This document shows positions 1 to 11,881 of a DNA stretch of 64,000 nucleotides, piece by piece. The stretch covers positions 54,498,001-54,562,000 of the forward strand of contig OZ365109.1 of assembly GCA_977030845.1 (NCBI GenBank). Reading direction: 5' to 3'. The number at the start of each line of letters is the position of its first letter. Within the stretch, counting starts at the first letter, position 1. Position numbers and translations under genes: made by a program. The notes under the pieces are model-generated. The model was not told where the DNA came from. It saw nothing but the letters and a program-made list of their open reading frames with translations, and did not search any database. The DNA comes from Fimbriosthenelais zetlandica. Lineage: Eukaryota.

Positions 1-789
1 TTGGAAGCGAGCTGATCTGGTTTAGAAGACCTGCCCGGGCACTGGGACACCACGCGTGGGGCTAGTTCAGGGACGTTCTGGATCCAGCGACCCTTGCGGT
101 GAATGGTGGCAGTAGAAGGCAGGGCGACCTGAGAGAAACGCGGTGTCCTCTTCCGACCCTTGTTCCGCCTGTTTCTAAACCAGCTCTACAAGAGGAAAAA
201 CAGAAAAATGGATTATATTGCATTGAGACACCAATTCGTTAATGGGAAACTATATCTTTGGTATCATGGAAATCTTTAGTAGGCCTATGTACACGGAATG
301 AAAAATGAATATGTAGGCCTATATGACAGTATTATTTATGGTAAATTTCTCATACAAGTTAACCTAGGCTAGATCGGTAGTAGTTAGGCCTATAATGTAA
401 CTGGGTTTTGAACCTTTGAGTCGTTAATCAAACTTCTACGCTTACCGAGACTCGTTGCACAGAAACTCTGCACTTCTCCGCCAGGATTTCGCGCTCGTAG
501 ATATCTGGGTACGGGTAGAGGGAAAAGGCCTGCTCCAGGATGGTCAAGCTCCAATCGGGGAGGACAGGCGACCTAGCAGGCTCAGCAGACCGGGTGGCTG
601 CAGAGAGTAAGGTCACGGCTGAAATAGTGAATACAGTTACGATTATTTTGGCAAAATGATATTAATCATAGAATGAAGTCACAAACTGTAAAAATAAAGT
701 TACAAAATCAATGAATTTGGTAATTGGGAAATACGAGACATACCATTTTCTGAGATGGTGGGTGGGGTGTAGGTGAAGATTTCGGCCAT
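1..789 (-). CDS. Divergent PRD-class-like homeobox protein (3' end runs off the left edge of the window)
   Basis: Exons 789-744, 618-446 and 185-<1 join in phase across GT-AG introns. They encode MAEIFTYTPPTISENAVTLLSAATRSAEPARSPVLPDWSLTILEQAFSLYPYPDIYEREILAEKCRVSVQRVS|SWFRNRRNKGRKR..., open to base 1. Homeodomain core residues L16, F20, Y25, P26, R31, L34, W48, F49, N51 and R53 are present. The intron lies between homeodomain codons 46 and 47. Confidence 0.85.
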
Positions 790-3700
790 CTTGGTTTTCA
801 ATTAGCTTTTGGGGTCGGAGTTGGGGACTTCTAGCGTCGCTGAAAGTGGTTCGAGCGAAAGTGGCTCAACTTTTTGCTGTTGAGTGTGGTTGGTGCGCTC
901 TTCTCGAAGTCTGGGACTCGAATGACCTTAAACCTCTCAGGGTCAGGTTTATACCCCCTGATGAAGTCACTTTACTCCCCCACCCCCGGCGTTTGATGGC
1001 CGCGACCAGGGACATGCGTTTCCTTTATCAAAGCCGAAGCCCTGCCACAAAGCCTTGCACGTAGGAGAAGCGCGACCGTCGCATATTCTGTAGCGGTCGG
1101 GCGGGAAACCCTGTCAAAGGACACTTTCAGCGCTACAACCTTCAAAGTTCCTTTTATTACATATCAACGCTAATAGATGACAAGCTAGAGCTTCATTCTA
1201 ACTTCACAAATAGTCGCTTAAAGTGTCACTTATGGTGAACAAATAAAATTGGTCGCGAGAGTGTTAGTCGTCTGTATAGGCCTACTAAAAATGTTAAGCG
1301 CGAAAGTCAAATGAAAATTCAATCTCAGATATATAAGATTATGTCTCCAAAACTAAGATATTCCCCATTTTCAGATATTTTTGGCGTTAAATGCCTAAGT
1401 ATGGTTAGATCAATGGCGTCCAAATTAATAAATTATAGTCTACTATAGATCTATAATAGTCAACACTTTAAATAAGAAACGTTTTAAGAAATGTTTACAC
1501 CTCATTATGAGCAAACGTCCTCGGGAGTTTAGTTAGTTAGACTTCTATTTCCATTTGAATGGTTAATCGGCATGATGTAAACGGGCCTGTCATTCACGGC
1601 TTAACTAAATGGGTACAAGATTGACAGAGAAAATAAGATAGCCCTACCTAAACATGGACTATTTACCACCAAGGGAACATACTACTGTCCATCCTACACA
1701 AGTAGAGGGTACTCCATTCAATAGATCTGAGTGCAAACACATCAACGTGTGGGTTTGACGATGGCTGAGTTTGGGTTTAGGGTTTGGTACACGAGGCTAC
1801 ATCAAAGGATGCATGGAGTGTCTTTACTTTATACAGGGTGAATCGGATTTGGGCTGGTTGAAAAGAATAATAGTGGAATATTACAATCTCTATATTTATT
1901 GATTACATCATGCTATAGTATAATATCAATGCAGATTTACAAATATATTATCAGTAGAAAATATTTAGATTACTAGCTATACTTTAGTATAATTGTATTG
2001 CGTTGGCGGCCCCTTGACTCTCTAAATCTCTAAATAACAATCTTTTACATGGATTTGATTCTTTCATCGGCTCTAAATTACTTCGTCCCACTTATTTTGT
2101 GGCATGTGCCCCAATACATTAAATGCCCCTTTGAATCCCGTACCCTCTGTCCCCATATATTAAGCCCTGTATACAGCAGGACCCTTTACTACATTTCTGT
2201 GGATTGTGGTTTCTCTTTTATTGAATGATGCGCGATCTGTACGATTCAACATTTATTTGAAGGTGTTCGGAAATATAGGAGCTGTAGCAGGAGCTTACTC
2301 ATTTCCTTTCTCAAGTTCTGCCAGTGAAATGTATTTATATACCATAGCTCATTTGATCCCTTTGAAATTCCCAGATGTAGATCATGTTCCCACAGACAGT
2401 TTACCGGCAGTTTATAGTCAACGCCTATAGAAATATAGACCAAGGGCAAGGTGACTGAGCCAATGTCTTCAATCATTTATCATCGTGCTTTTGCCCCCAT
2501 TCAGTTACATTATAAAGAATGAATAACTTCAAAATATTTTATCCTTTTCACAACGTTCAATCAAAGGTGCAACTGTAAAAGTTGAAACCTTTTTAAAGAT
2601 AGCATCGAACACCTTACAAAAAAGTCTGGCCAAATTTACAGGCATAAGCAGTGTAGGACCAGTATACGTGTGTATAAGAAATTCAAGGCACCAAATTTAA
2701 TGTTGTAAAACAGTACAAAGACAATATGATGTCCTTATATTATTTAAATATATTAATATATCTCCATCGATATTTGTTTTATACATACCTGTAACGATCA
2801 AGGTTAGGTTATGGGTCAGGTGTTGTTTGGCAACTGAAACGCACGCACCATGCAAGCCTGCCCATTCAGGCACAATCCCACCTCAGCCACAGTGAGGCGT
2901 TCCACCCCTTGTTGTTTTTTTGCATTTTCCTCGACCACAAGTCAACATAATCTGTATATCTGTTCTCGGAACGAGACAGAAACGCCAAGCTGTTTTATAT
3001 AATGTGTATTCAAGAAATAAACTTGTATTACCTGCAAAAATTTGTTATGTAATTGTGGTTATGGTGGAACGTTTAACCAGGTCATTGATACCAAAATATC
3101 TTCTGCTAATTTGATTGGCACATAAACATAGCATCAGTTGATATATATATCATTCTCTCTCTGGTGGATCACGCCCCAGTGATTACCTGAGCCATAACTG
3201 AGATCTTGGTGAGAGTCTATGCTTGCACAATCGTTCCAACAAAAACTGTGACCTATCCAGTCTGACTCCTATCTTGTGATCTGCCCATCAATTATGTCTG
3301 GTGTGCATGGATTGGCAGCTAGAGTTGTCTGGAGACTGGAATAATTTGTATGGTATAATCCCTGAAAGTGAAAGAGACATTATGAAATTTTCGTCTAGCT
3401 GTATGGGGTAAGTATGATAGATATAGGTCTAGTTTTAAGATCCTGTAGGCAATCCATACAAATACACGTTTACTAGTATTAGATTGATATCATGATCGTG
3501 TATTTTAGTGGAATAACGTGATTCTACTTCGTGTTGTAAATAACCATGACTCGCAATGGCAGCCGGGGGCAGAGGGATTGTATTTTAAACGTCCTCAACT
3601 GTTAATGAACTAATAACATGAACTCGGATTTCCTTGACATAGGAAGTAATTACGTCCAAGATTACGTTCTATCTGAAAATATGAACCTACACCGAATCTT

Positions 3701-6430
3701 GTGAGTATGCCAAACCTCAAGAATTATCCCTGGGGGAAAGGATATTTTCAATTCTATACATGTGCCAAATAACCGCAAGGAAGACAGAATATATCATATT
3801 CCCGATGTAACCCTTGGGAAGTAATGCATTCCTCGAATGTTGTTTTACGACTCGGATCCTTTGTGTAGAAGCACTATGCATTAATTCAAGCGCGGGTTCC
3901 ATATTATATTATTCAACTTCAAACCTATTAAAACGTACTCGGCCAATAATATAGAGTATAATAAGTACCTTTATATCACTATACAGATGTACAGCAATGA
4001 AGAGCCATAGATAGTTTGGGATAAGAGGAAAAAACAGAAATTTAGGGCATGATAAGATCTTATTTTATGTGCCTTCTCAGTCATGGTAGATACTGGTTCA
4101 GCAATTAGAACATTACAAAAATGGAATGGCTCTATCATCATTAAGTATAGAATGCAGCAGGTTATAACACGTCACGGCGAAGTTAATTACTTGATTAGAG
4201 AAAAATATAAAGATGTAATAATTATCCACTTTTGTTATAAATCAAGGTTGTAATCACAAAAAAACTTTAGTGAAGTATAATTTCAGATTAATTCATGGTT
4301 TCAGGTCATAAATGATATCCGACCTGGTTCTTTTGAGATGGTATGTATAGAATCAGGAAAATGATCCCATATCGTGAACACCCGTTAGTAAATCACCCTT
4401 CGCATGTAACGTAATTGCCAGGTTAAACTAGTTATTTTTATTGGGAAAGTAAAGCAAAATAGCCTGGTTCTGGTTCGTTCCATCAGGTGTAGTAGATACT
4501 TAAAGCCATTCTGCATGTCTTTTGTTAGTGCTTGTTGGATGACTCATGTTCTACACTCTTTTCCCATTACATGCAGCGGTCATGCCATTGTATATATCAT
4601 ACATAGATATCTCTGCTTTGTCGTAAGGTCTCTTGTAACCAGGTTCTGAAGAGAGTAAATATTATTTTTGCTATAAAAAGTGCAGCTCCCCTAAGTGAGC
4701 GCTGACCTTACTTATTTGTGCATGACTGTAGAGGCAGGAAAAAGTTTGTGGAGAATAGTAATTAGAAGGTGGGACAATATGCTTCTGTTTAAGTAACTGT
4801 AGAATATTTGAATATGAAGGCAGCACTTTTCTGTGAAAGCAGTCAAAAGACAAGATGAAAGATCTATAATTATTCAAGTCAAATTACCAACAGTAAATAG
4901 AAAATAGCAAAACGTCTGTTATGAAAGATTGCGAGAGAGAGGAAAAAAGTCGAAGGTAGTCCATATTAAGCGCAGTTCTTAATTTAGAATTTAGAAAAAT
5001 CTATGCAATGATTCTCCAATTTAAACGGACCACATAGCGTTAACGGACTGAGACCCATTATGATGAGTTCACACTGAGCAGGCTGTAGTACCGAGCTAGC
5101 AATATAATAATCTCCTACTCTGTCCATACTAGACGTGTCCTATGTTTAGTCTGTCTTTAGTCGTACGAGCAATTGCATGGCTTGATGTGGACACCCCATA
5201 TAACACAAAGGTCCGTTACAAATGCCTCTTTCTATAGACAGGAAGCATTAGCTGCAGGCTGGAAAAAACATTTAGAAAGACTCCCTTGTTCATAACGTGA
5301 CTGAGACCGGTTTTAAATCTAACAAAGCAAGCTCTCAGTGCTTTCCTCCTTTAAAGAAATACGATATTATAATTAAGTACGATAATCGCAGGTACACAGT
5401 GATTCATTTGGTTATAGTTTAGTACATAAAATATACCATAATTTATTAATTATTGGATGATAAATAGAGCTTTTATCCAATGCGGGCTATTTTGGGGTGC
5501 TTCTTCTTGGCCCAAGGAGACTAAGTAAATATTCTAACAAAAATATTTTTCAAAATCCGGCTTTTACCACAGAAAAACTTGAAGAAGCAAGTTTCCTTGG
5601 TGGCATGCATTGGTAGGCGTTGCCAACTAATGGCATCATGACATCGCGTGTCATGTGTAATATATTATAATACACATTCCAACACCTGCTCCAACACTAA
5701 GTTCCAATTGAAAATAACTTGTATACATACAAGTTTAACTCCTTTGGCAATGAGCACCTGTATGAGCCTGATGTTGTCCAATGCATTTCTATAGCAATTG
5801 AAAACATGAATATATCCAGGGTAAAAAATGAAGTTAAAAGGCTCAGTAGCCGAATACCCCCGGCAATGATCACCTGCGGTAGATTGGTGGAAGCACATGT
5901 ATGTAAGGATGAGAGAGGTGATACCACTCATGTGGTAGACAGGTGAAAAACACTGACGCCTCTAGGCTATAGGGAACTACTATTTATTCGTCTCAGTCGG
6001 GCATAGAAATGATATATTTTTTCGTCTCAAGTTATAACTATATGTGAGTGAGGTGAGATTGTGCATGGCACTTCGGTTGGCATCAGCAAGCAGGAGAAGA
6101 ACTGAGGTTCGCATGTTAGTGTTACATAGGATTACCAGCAGCCGTGGATGCAGGTGACTGCCTCCTCCACACAGGCAGATATATGTCTGGTAGTTTAAGC
6201 TACTTACTATACAGTTATATCCAGTGGAACATATCGGGACTTCATGAACTAGTAAGCCTTTATCTATTGAAAAAGTGTCAATTTAAGCTGAAGCACTCGA
6301 ATGGAATTGGCTCAGAGAATTGGCATTCGTCACAGAAGAACCAGCGACTTGGGATTCCGATGCCAGACAAACAGAATTACCATTCTAACCAAAGTTTGGA
6401 AATTGATTTTGACATGATAATTCCACTGAG

Positions 6431-9400
6431 ATGGGTTACAGAGGAGCGAATGAGGATGATGAATCATGGAGTATTTCCAATTCATCTGATTCATGGAAAT
6501 CAAAGCATGGACACTCAAGAGCATCTAAAAGGATAGAACGTTGCAGCGGCCATCACCACCTGAGGAATGGTCTCTTGCTGGGCCTCGTTCTTCCCCTTAT
6601 AACATGCTTGACAACCTTGATATTCTTCCGATTATCCAACAATAATTCCACTGGCACTGGGCACACCTCCCTTAACCCCTTTGTATATACTGAATATTTC
6701 TACGGAAGCCCTGACTCGGGTAATAAGAAGAAACATGGCGGGGGTTTGTACGCTGTTGTCATGGCAACCAACATGGATGAAATATCAGCTGTGAGATCTA
6801 CCTGGGGTTCGAGAGTAAATTTATTGAAGTTTTTCGGTCAGAAGAAGATGCTGGGAGATAGTGAGGAGTTGCGGCATGCTGCAGATATTGTGATACTTCC
6901 GGGTAAGATCTTTCATCCTTAAAATTCTAATAACGACAGCCACATGCGTAGAGGCAATAAAGACAATGAAGCGGGGTGAATAAGTAGGACAATGGATGGG
7001 TAATTATTATGTAATGGGACAATATATTATTATTGTCCCAGATATATTCAGTTGGTATAACATGCAACCGAAGTGCAGGCGATCCGGGTTAGATTTCCAT
7101 TCGGGATATCCTTTAAGCTAAGCTCCCTCCACTGCCTGCTATAATTGATCTAAGGTAGTGGATATTTTCCTCTATTCCAACCCAAGTATTGTACATCCCT
7201 GGGGCTTCGGGTGGAGGGATGTCCCTTGGGTTTCGACCTTGGGACATCCCTCCACCGGAAGCCAAGGGACATGCCACCACCCAGACTTGCCCTCGGTCAT
7301 CTCTATATCTATATCTCCCTCAACTACCTGTTATAATTGATCTAAGGTAGTGGATATTTTATTTTCTCACTTGGTGACAGGTCGATTAGGGGCTGATCTC
7401 CCTCCACTACCTATTATTTTTTATCTGTAAGTTTATGGATATATTACTTTCACAATTGGTCGATTAAGGGCTATTTCCCTCCACTTGATCTATTTGAGGC
7501 TCCCTCCACTATATCTATCATAAATGATCTAAGGCAGTGGATATTTTACTGTCTCGCTTGGTCGGTTAGGGGCTATCTCCCTCCACTACCTGTTATAAAT
7601 GATCTTAGGTATAGTGGATATTTTACCTTCTCACTTGGTCGATTAGAGGCGATCTCCCTCCACTACCTTTTACAATTGATCTAAGTCAGTGGATATTTTA
7701 CTTGCTCACTTGGTCAATGAGGGATTATCTCCCTCCACTACCTATATAATTTATCTATCTAGCCTGAACCCCAAACTGAGCCCGAGGGTGGGTGGTTGGA
7801 AGAGGTACCATTAATTCTTTTATTCCCTGTCCACATTCTAGTATGTCATACATATGTTAAAAGATAAATGTGCATCAATGTAGGAATTATAACTACGCAT
7901 AAAATAGTGTCAATTTACTAAGGAGAAATCACTGTTGATATAGAACGACAACAATCCGAATGATAACTCTCATTACCTCTATACAGGTAATTTACCTGGC
8001 ATAATTACAGGTATAAATCTTGTCAGGAGAGTTACATTTAACTCTATATGAAACATTGGTCTGCCTTCTTCAAGGCATTATTCAAAATCATACAAACTAA
8101 CATTCATGTAATTATATAGATTGGATCCTGCTCGTTAATTATAACGATTAGCCTAAAACAACTTTATCGTAGTTTATATTAGTTATCTTTTATATACAAT
8201 GTATGCCGATTCCATCCCGTGTTACTCTCCCAGTGATTAAATATTATACGGAGATATTATTAAATTAAATTGATAATATGGATGATTTATATTTAGCTAC
8301 ACTAAATAAAGGGTTTCAGGTTGTACATGGGTTGTTTTGCATGATATATATCCCCAGGGTAGGCAATTACATGTACGTATAGGTTATCCATAATAAGTAG
8401 GAATTATATTAGACGTATTATACTATAATGTAGATTGCACAGGAATCCTAAAATTAAACAAGTTTTATAATCATCATACAGTGTAGAGAAGTTGAATCAT
8501 ATATAGGTGAGTGTCTAGACATTGCTTTAATCATTATAATCACTCATTTATTATACCCTTGTGAAGTGCACATGTTCATGGTAAAGTCTAAAGATATTTT
8601 TCTTCCGATGATGAGAACCGGTTTGTTCACAATTAGTCTACGCTTAGAAATGATTCCCCAATTAAAGCTAATGAATAAAATTACCGGGAAAACATATATA
8701 TGGGTCTACCAGGTTATCAATTATTTATTTCTTATGTAACAAGATATCTTATAAAAACGATATTCGGGGCATCATATATAAAGAAGCTTCAGTGTCTAAA
8801 AGGCAGATAACAAAATTGATTCATTACTGCAAAACCATCCATATGGCAAACAGGAGTATACATCATTCCAATTAGGCCTATAAACTGGAAAATATTTTGT
8901 CATTAATTACTCTTAATTCACTAACAAAAAAAACATATCATCTCATCTAAGTATGTCATTCGTTTTATCGCCAATATAGAAGCCCACTTCCATGTGTCAA
9001 TATTTGAGATCGTATAAGGGCTTTCTATGTGTCTCTGGCATCCAAAGTCGAGGGTGGACAAACATAAAACTCTCAGGGAATAAAAAAAAATCTAAGAGTC
9101 CAAACAACAGGAGCTGGGTCTCTACTTGTATAATAAGTCTACTTAGTAGAGTCTAGATCTTTAATATCATGCAGTATAAAGCTATTGAATCCCGGGAAAG
9201 CCCCTTTGTGTGCCATGAAAAAATTTAACTGGTCAAAATTAATGTTTTGCAGGGGATGTTCTACCTCGGGGTATTTCTTCTTTGACCATCCAAAATCTAT
9301 GTGAGGATGAAGATGCAGGACTTTATCCCTGGTACTTGTTTACTTCACAAACCATGTACATCGACATACAGGCACTGCAGCGCCACCTTAACTCTATTCA

Positions 9401-11881
9401 GCAAAACAAGGTCAGATCCCAACTTTACAGAAATTCACGGAACGTTTTGAGTTTAACTGACCGTCTGTGTCATCTGACATTATGTGACATGGTTATTTGT
9501 TCACCTTATGAATCTTATTAAGTATTATTTTCATGATCATTTTGCATAAAATTCTTTTCCTTTATTTTCTTTTATAGTTCGTGGTCCATCAATTTTTGAA
9601 GCAAATGAAAGAGGACTGCATGGGACCACCGGGCTTTGTCATCTCTGGCTCATTGCTGAAAGGTATACTAATTAGCAAGTGGTCCTCACGAATACACTGA
9701 AATTAATAAGTTATTTCAACCTAACGAAACATAGTATTTATTAATATTAATCATAAGCAGACTACCATTCCTTATCGTAGGGGGGCGGTCCAGATTTTAA
9801 ATTAAAATACTGTAGGTCTAGTTACGGCCATCCCGTTTCAAGAGCATATATATATATAGTATTACGTAATTTATCATTTTTTTCTCACAGATATTTGTAG
9901 CCAAGAGATCGTCTGCAACTATCGAAACACCATCTCGTGCCTCCGAAAAAAAGTCGGTCTGACATGTTCAACTTTGCCCGAGGTCAGTCTCCTTGATTTC
10001 TCCCTGATTTCATTTTGAGCATTTGTAATTTAGAAGCATATATATATGCATTTTGTAAGTACATGTATGAATTTTCCAGGCTCTAGTCCATAGCTTCAAG
10101 TATGAGAATGAGTCAATATTGGTGAAAACGATAGAAAAAATAAAGTTTGGTAGGCAACAGGCGTTGTTTGTCGGGGATGGATTAGCACCGCGTCATCTTT
10201 ACTCCTTCCATGCAAAACTGTTATCAGAGGCAATGACGGAGAGAAATAAAGTAGGTCTAATCACGAATGAGATTCTTTGCACTGTAACATTTAATTATGT
10301 GGAAAAGATTAATTTTGGAAGGTGTGGATTCAGTTAATTTACTGTTTTCTTGAGATAATGTGGTCATTTCAATCATTATTAGAACAGTTAGGCCTATATT
10401 ATAGTATTGAGTATTGAATAGCCTATAATTTGGGTATTAAATTCTCCTAAATTATTTCTCATTGAATATTTTATATTTACCCATATCTAATATTCCTTCT
10501 TCCTAGAAAATTAGCGACTTAGAAAGAATAATGGCAGAAACAGAGGCCGACATGGACATTGTCATGACAATTGGTGGACCATCACAAACTGTTCACTCTC
10601 TGGCCTCCGAAGCCTACTTCTCCTCTTCTTCGTGTGATGGCGCCACTCGCATTACTAGAGATCGTATTCACCATCAAAACAAGGTAAAAGATTGTAACAT
10701 GTTAGGGACCTATAGCTATAATATAGATAGGCACCCCAATTTCATGCAAAACGATACCCATCTTCTTGAAACATTACTTTCGCCTTTTTTAGATAGGCAC
10801 CCCAATTTCATGCAAAACGATACCCATCTTCTTGAAACATTACTTTCGCCTTTTTTCAAGGAAAACCTATAGTCTTGAGGTGCAGGTCAAATACCCCCCT
10901 GCTCTCAAAATAAGAAAACAAATCTATCACATGGAATAATCCAATCTCCAATCTAATGAAACTTACTGACCAACATTTTCTTTGCAGACTTTATCCTTCA
11001 TTCATTCATACCTCACCGCATCAGAGGATCTGACTTCACCCGACTTAGAATGGTACAAACAATATCAAGTATACACAGGACAAAACAGATACAAACAATT
11101 CAACATCCATGGGATGAAACTGTTGCGAAATAAAACACACTTTAGTGTGGCGCGATTGGAAACAGCACTTCATTTACAACCACAGCGCATTTCACACAGC
11201 AGGAGCTACCTACTACCGGAAACAGTTTGGATTTTACTTCCGGTCAGCTCAAAGCAAGATCTCCAAAACTTTTCACGAGTATGGAATGAATTAAAACACA
11301 GACAGCTAAATATGTCTATTAAGGTGTTATTGTTGCGTGTTTCGAGAGCAGATATAAACGTGAACCTATCTTCATTACCTTCCGAATTTCAAGACAAAAG
11401 TATTTATAATCTGAATGGAGAATTGAGGCAACTCATTCCACATACCTCCAACTCACATTCCAAATGGGAAGCCTATATTCATGGTATTAACTACATAAAC
11501 GGAATATACAAGAATCATCGACGGAACGACGTCATTATATTCTTTGTACATCCTTCATATTCATTTCAAATGAACCTTTTGAGACGGTGCGTTAGTTTGG
11601 TTGCAGCTGGCTTAGATTTCACACCACGCGGAAGACGTGACGTCAGACGAGCTCGCAATATTGGTGACGTAAACGTCAATGTTCAGATTGGGTTCGCAGA
11701 TGAACTGTTAGAGAATGAGGAATATATCTTTGGCCTTTGGCGGCGCGTTCCTTCGCATTTAAGGTGCATTGGATTGCAACACTTGCCTCAAAATGTTACA
11801 TCCGAAAACATTAATCAACCATCAATGAACGAGCTCAGTCATTTAGTCGCAAACGATCCTGATCTCTTTTATAATTTGTGA
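6431..11881 (+). CDS. Chondroitin sulfate synthase/chondroitin polymerizing factor-like type II membrane glycosyltransferase (~682 aa), DxD motifs degenerate
   Basis: Exons 6431-6902, 9253-9410, 9578-9662, 9891-9982, 10080-10250, 10507-10683 and 10988-11881 splice in frame (2049 nt). There is an N-terminal TM segment (GLLLGLVLPLITCLTTLIFF). CHSY1/CHPF-like blocks: LYAVVMAT..RSTW, CMGPPGFVISGSLLK, SCLRKKVGLTC, PRHLYSFHAKLLSE, KISDL, VWILLPVS and IIFFVHPSYSFQMNLLRRC. Confidence 0.8.
7124..7750. repeat. Degenerate ~77-bp minisatellite in intron 1 of the CHSY/CHPF-like gene
   Basis: TCCCTCCACT recurs at about 7124, 7399, 7476, 7501, 7578, 7655 and 7730, with a 75-77 bp period in the right half. 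The unit contains TCCACTACCT...AGGTAGTGGA. Confidence 0.85.
7196..7269. other. GC-rich near-perfect inverted repeat (hairpin) inserted in the minisatellite
   Basis: GGCTTCGGGTGGAGGGATGTCCC (7203-7225) pairs with GGGACATCCCTCCACCGGAAGCC (7241-7263) with one mismatch and a 15-nt loop. Confidence 0.85.
10724..10856. repeat. Two-copy 66-bp tandem duplication in an intron
   Basis: TAGATAGGCACCCCAATTTCATGCAAAACGATACCCATCTTCTTGAAACATTACTTTCGCCTTTTT starts at 10724 and again at 10790. Confidence 0.95.

Noticed and set aside
2200-5950. Possible minus-strand gene from scattered splice signals and short ORFs (e.g. exon-like 3186-3361; LLKQKHIVPP..+KPGYKRPYDKAE.. at ~4800-4550; overlapping ORFs at 5665-5946)
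   Set aside because: No start-to-stop model or recognisable motif could be built, and candidate exons have stops in all frames. It may be a non-coding transcript or chance.
10684-10872. ORF extension with a repeated DRHPNFMQNDTHLLETLLSPF peptide
   Set aside because: It is read-through past the donor at 10684 into an intron containing a 66-bp duplication.
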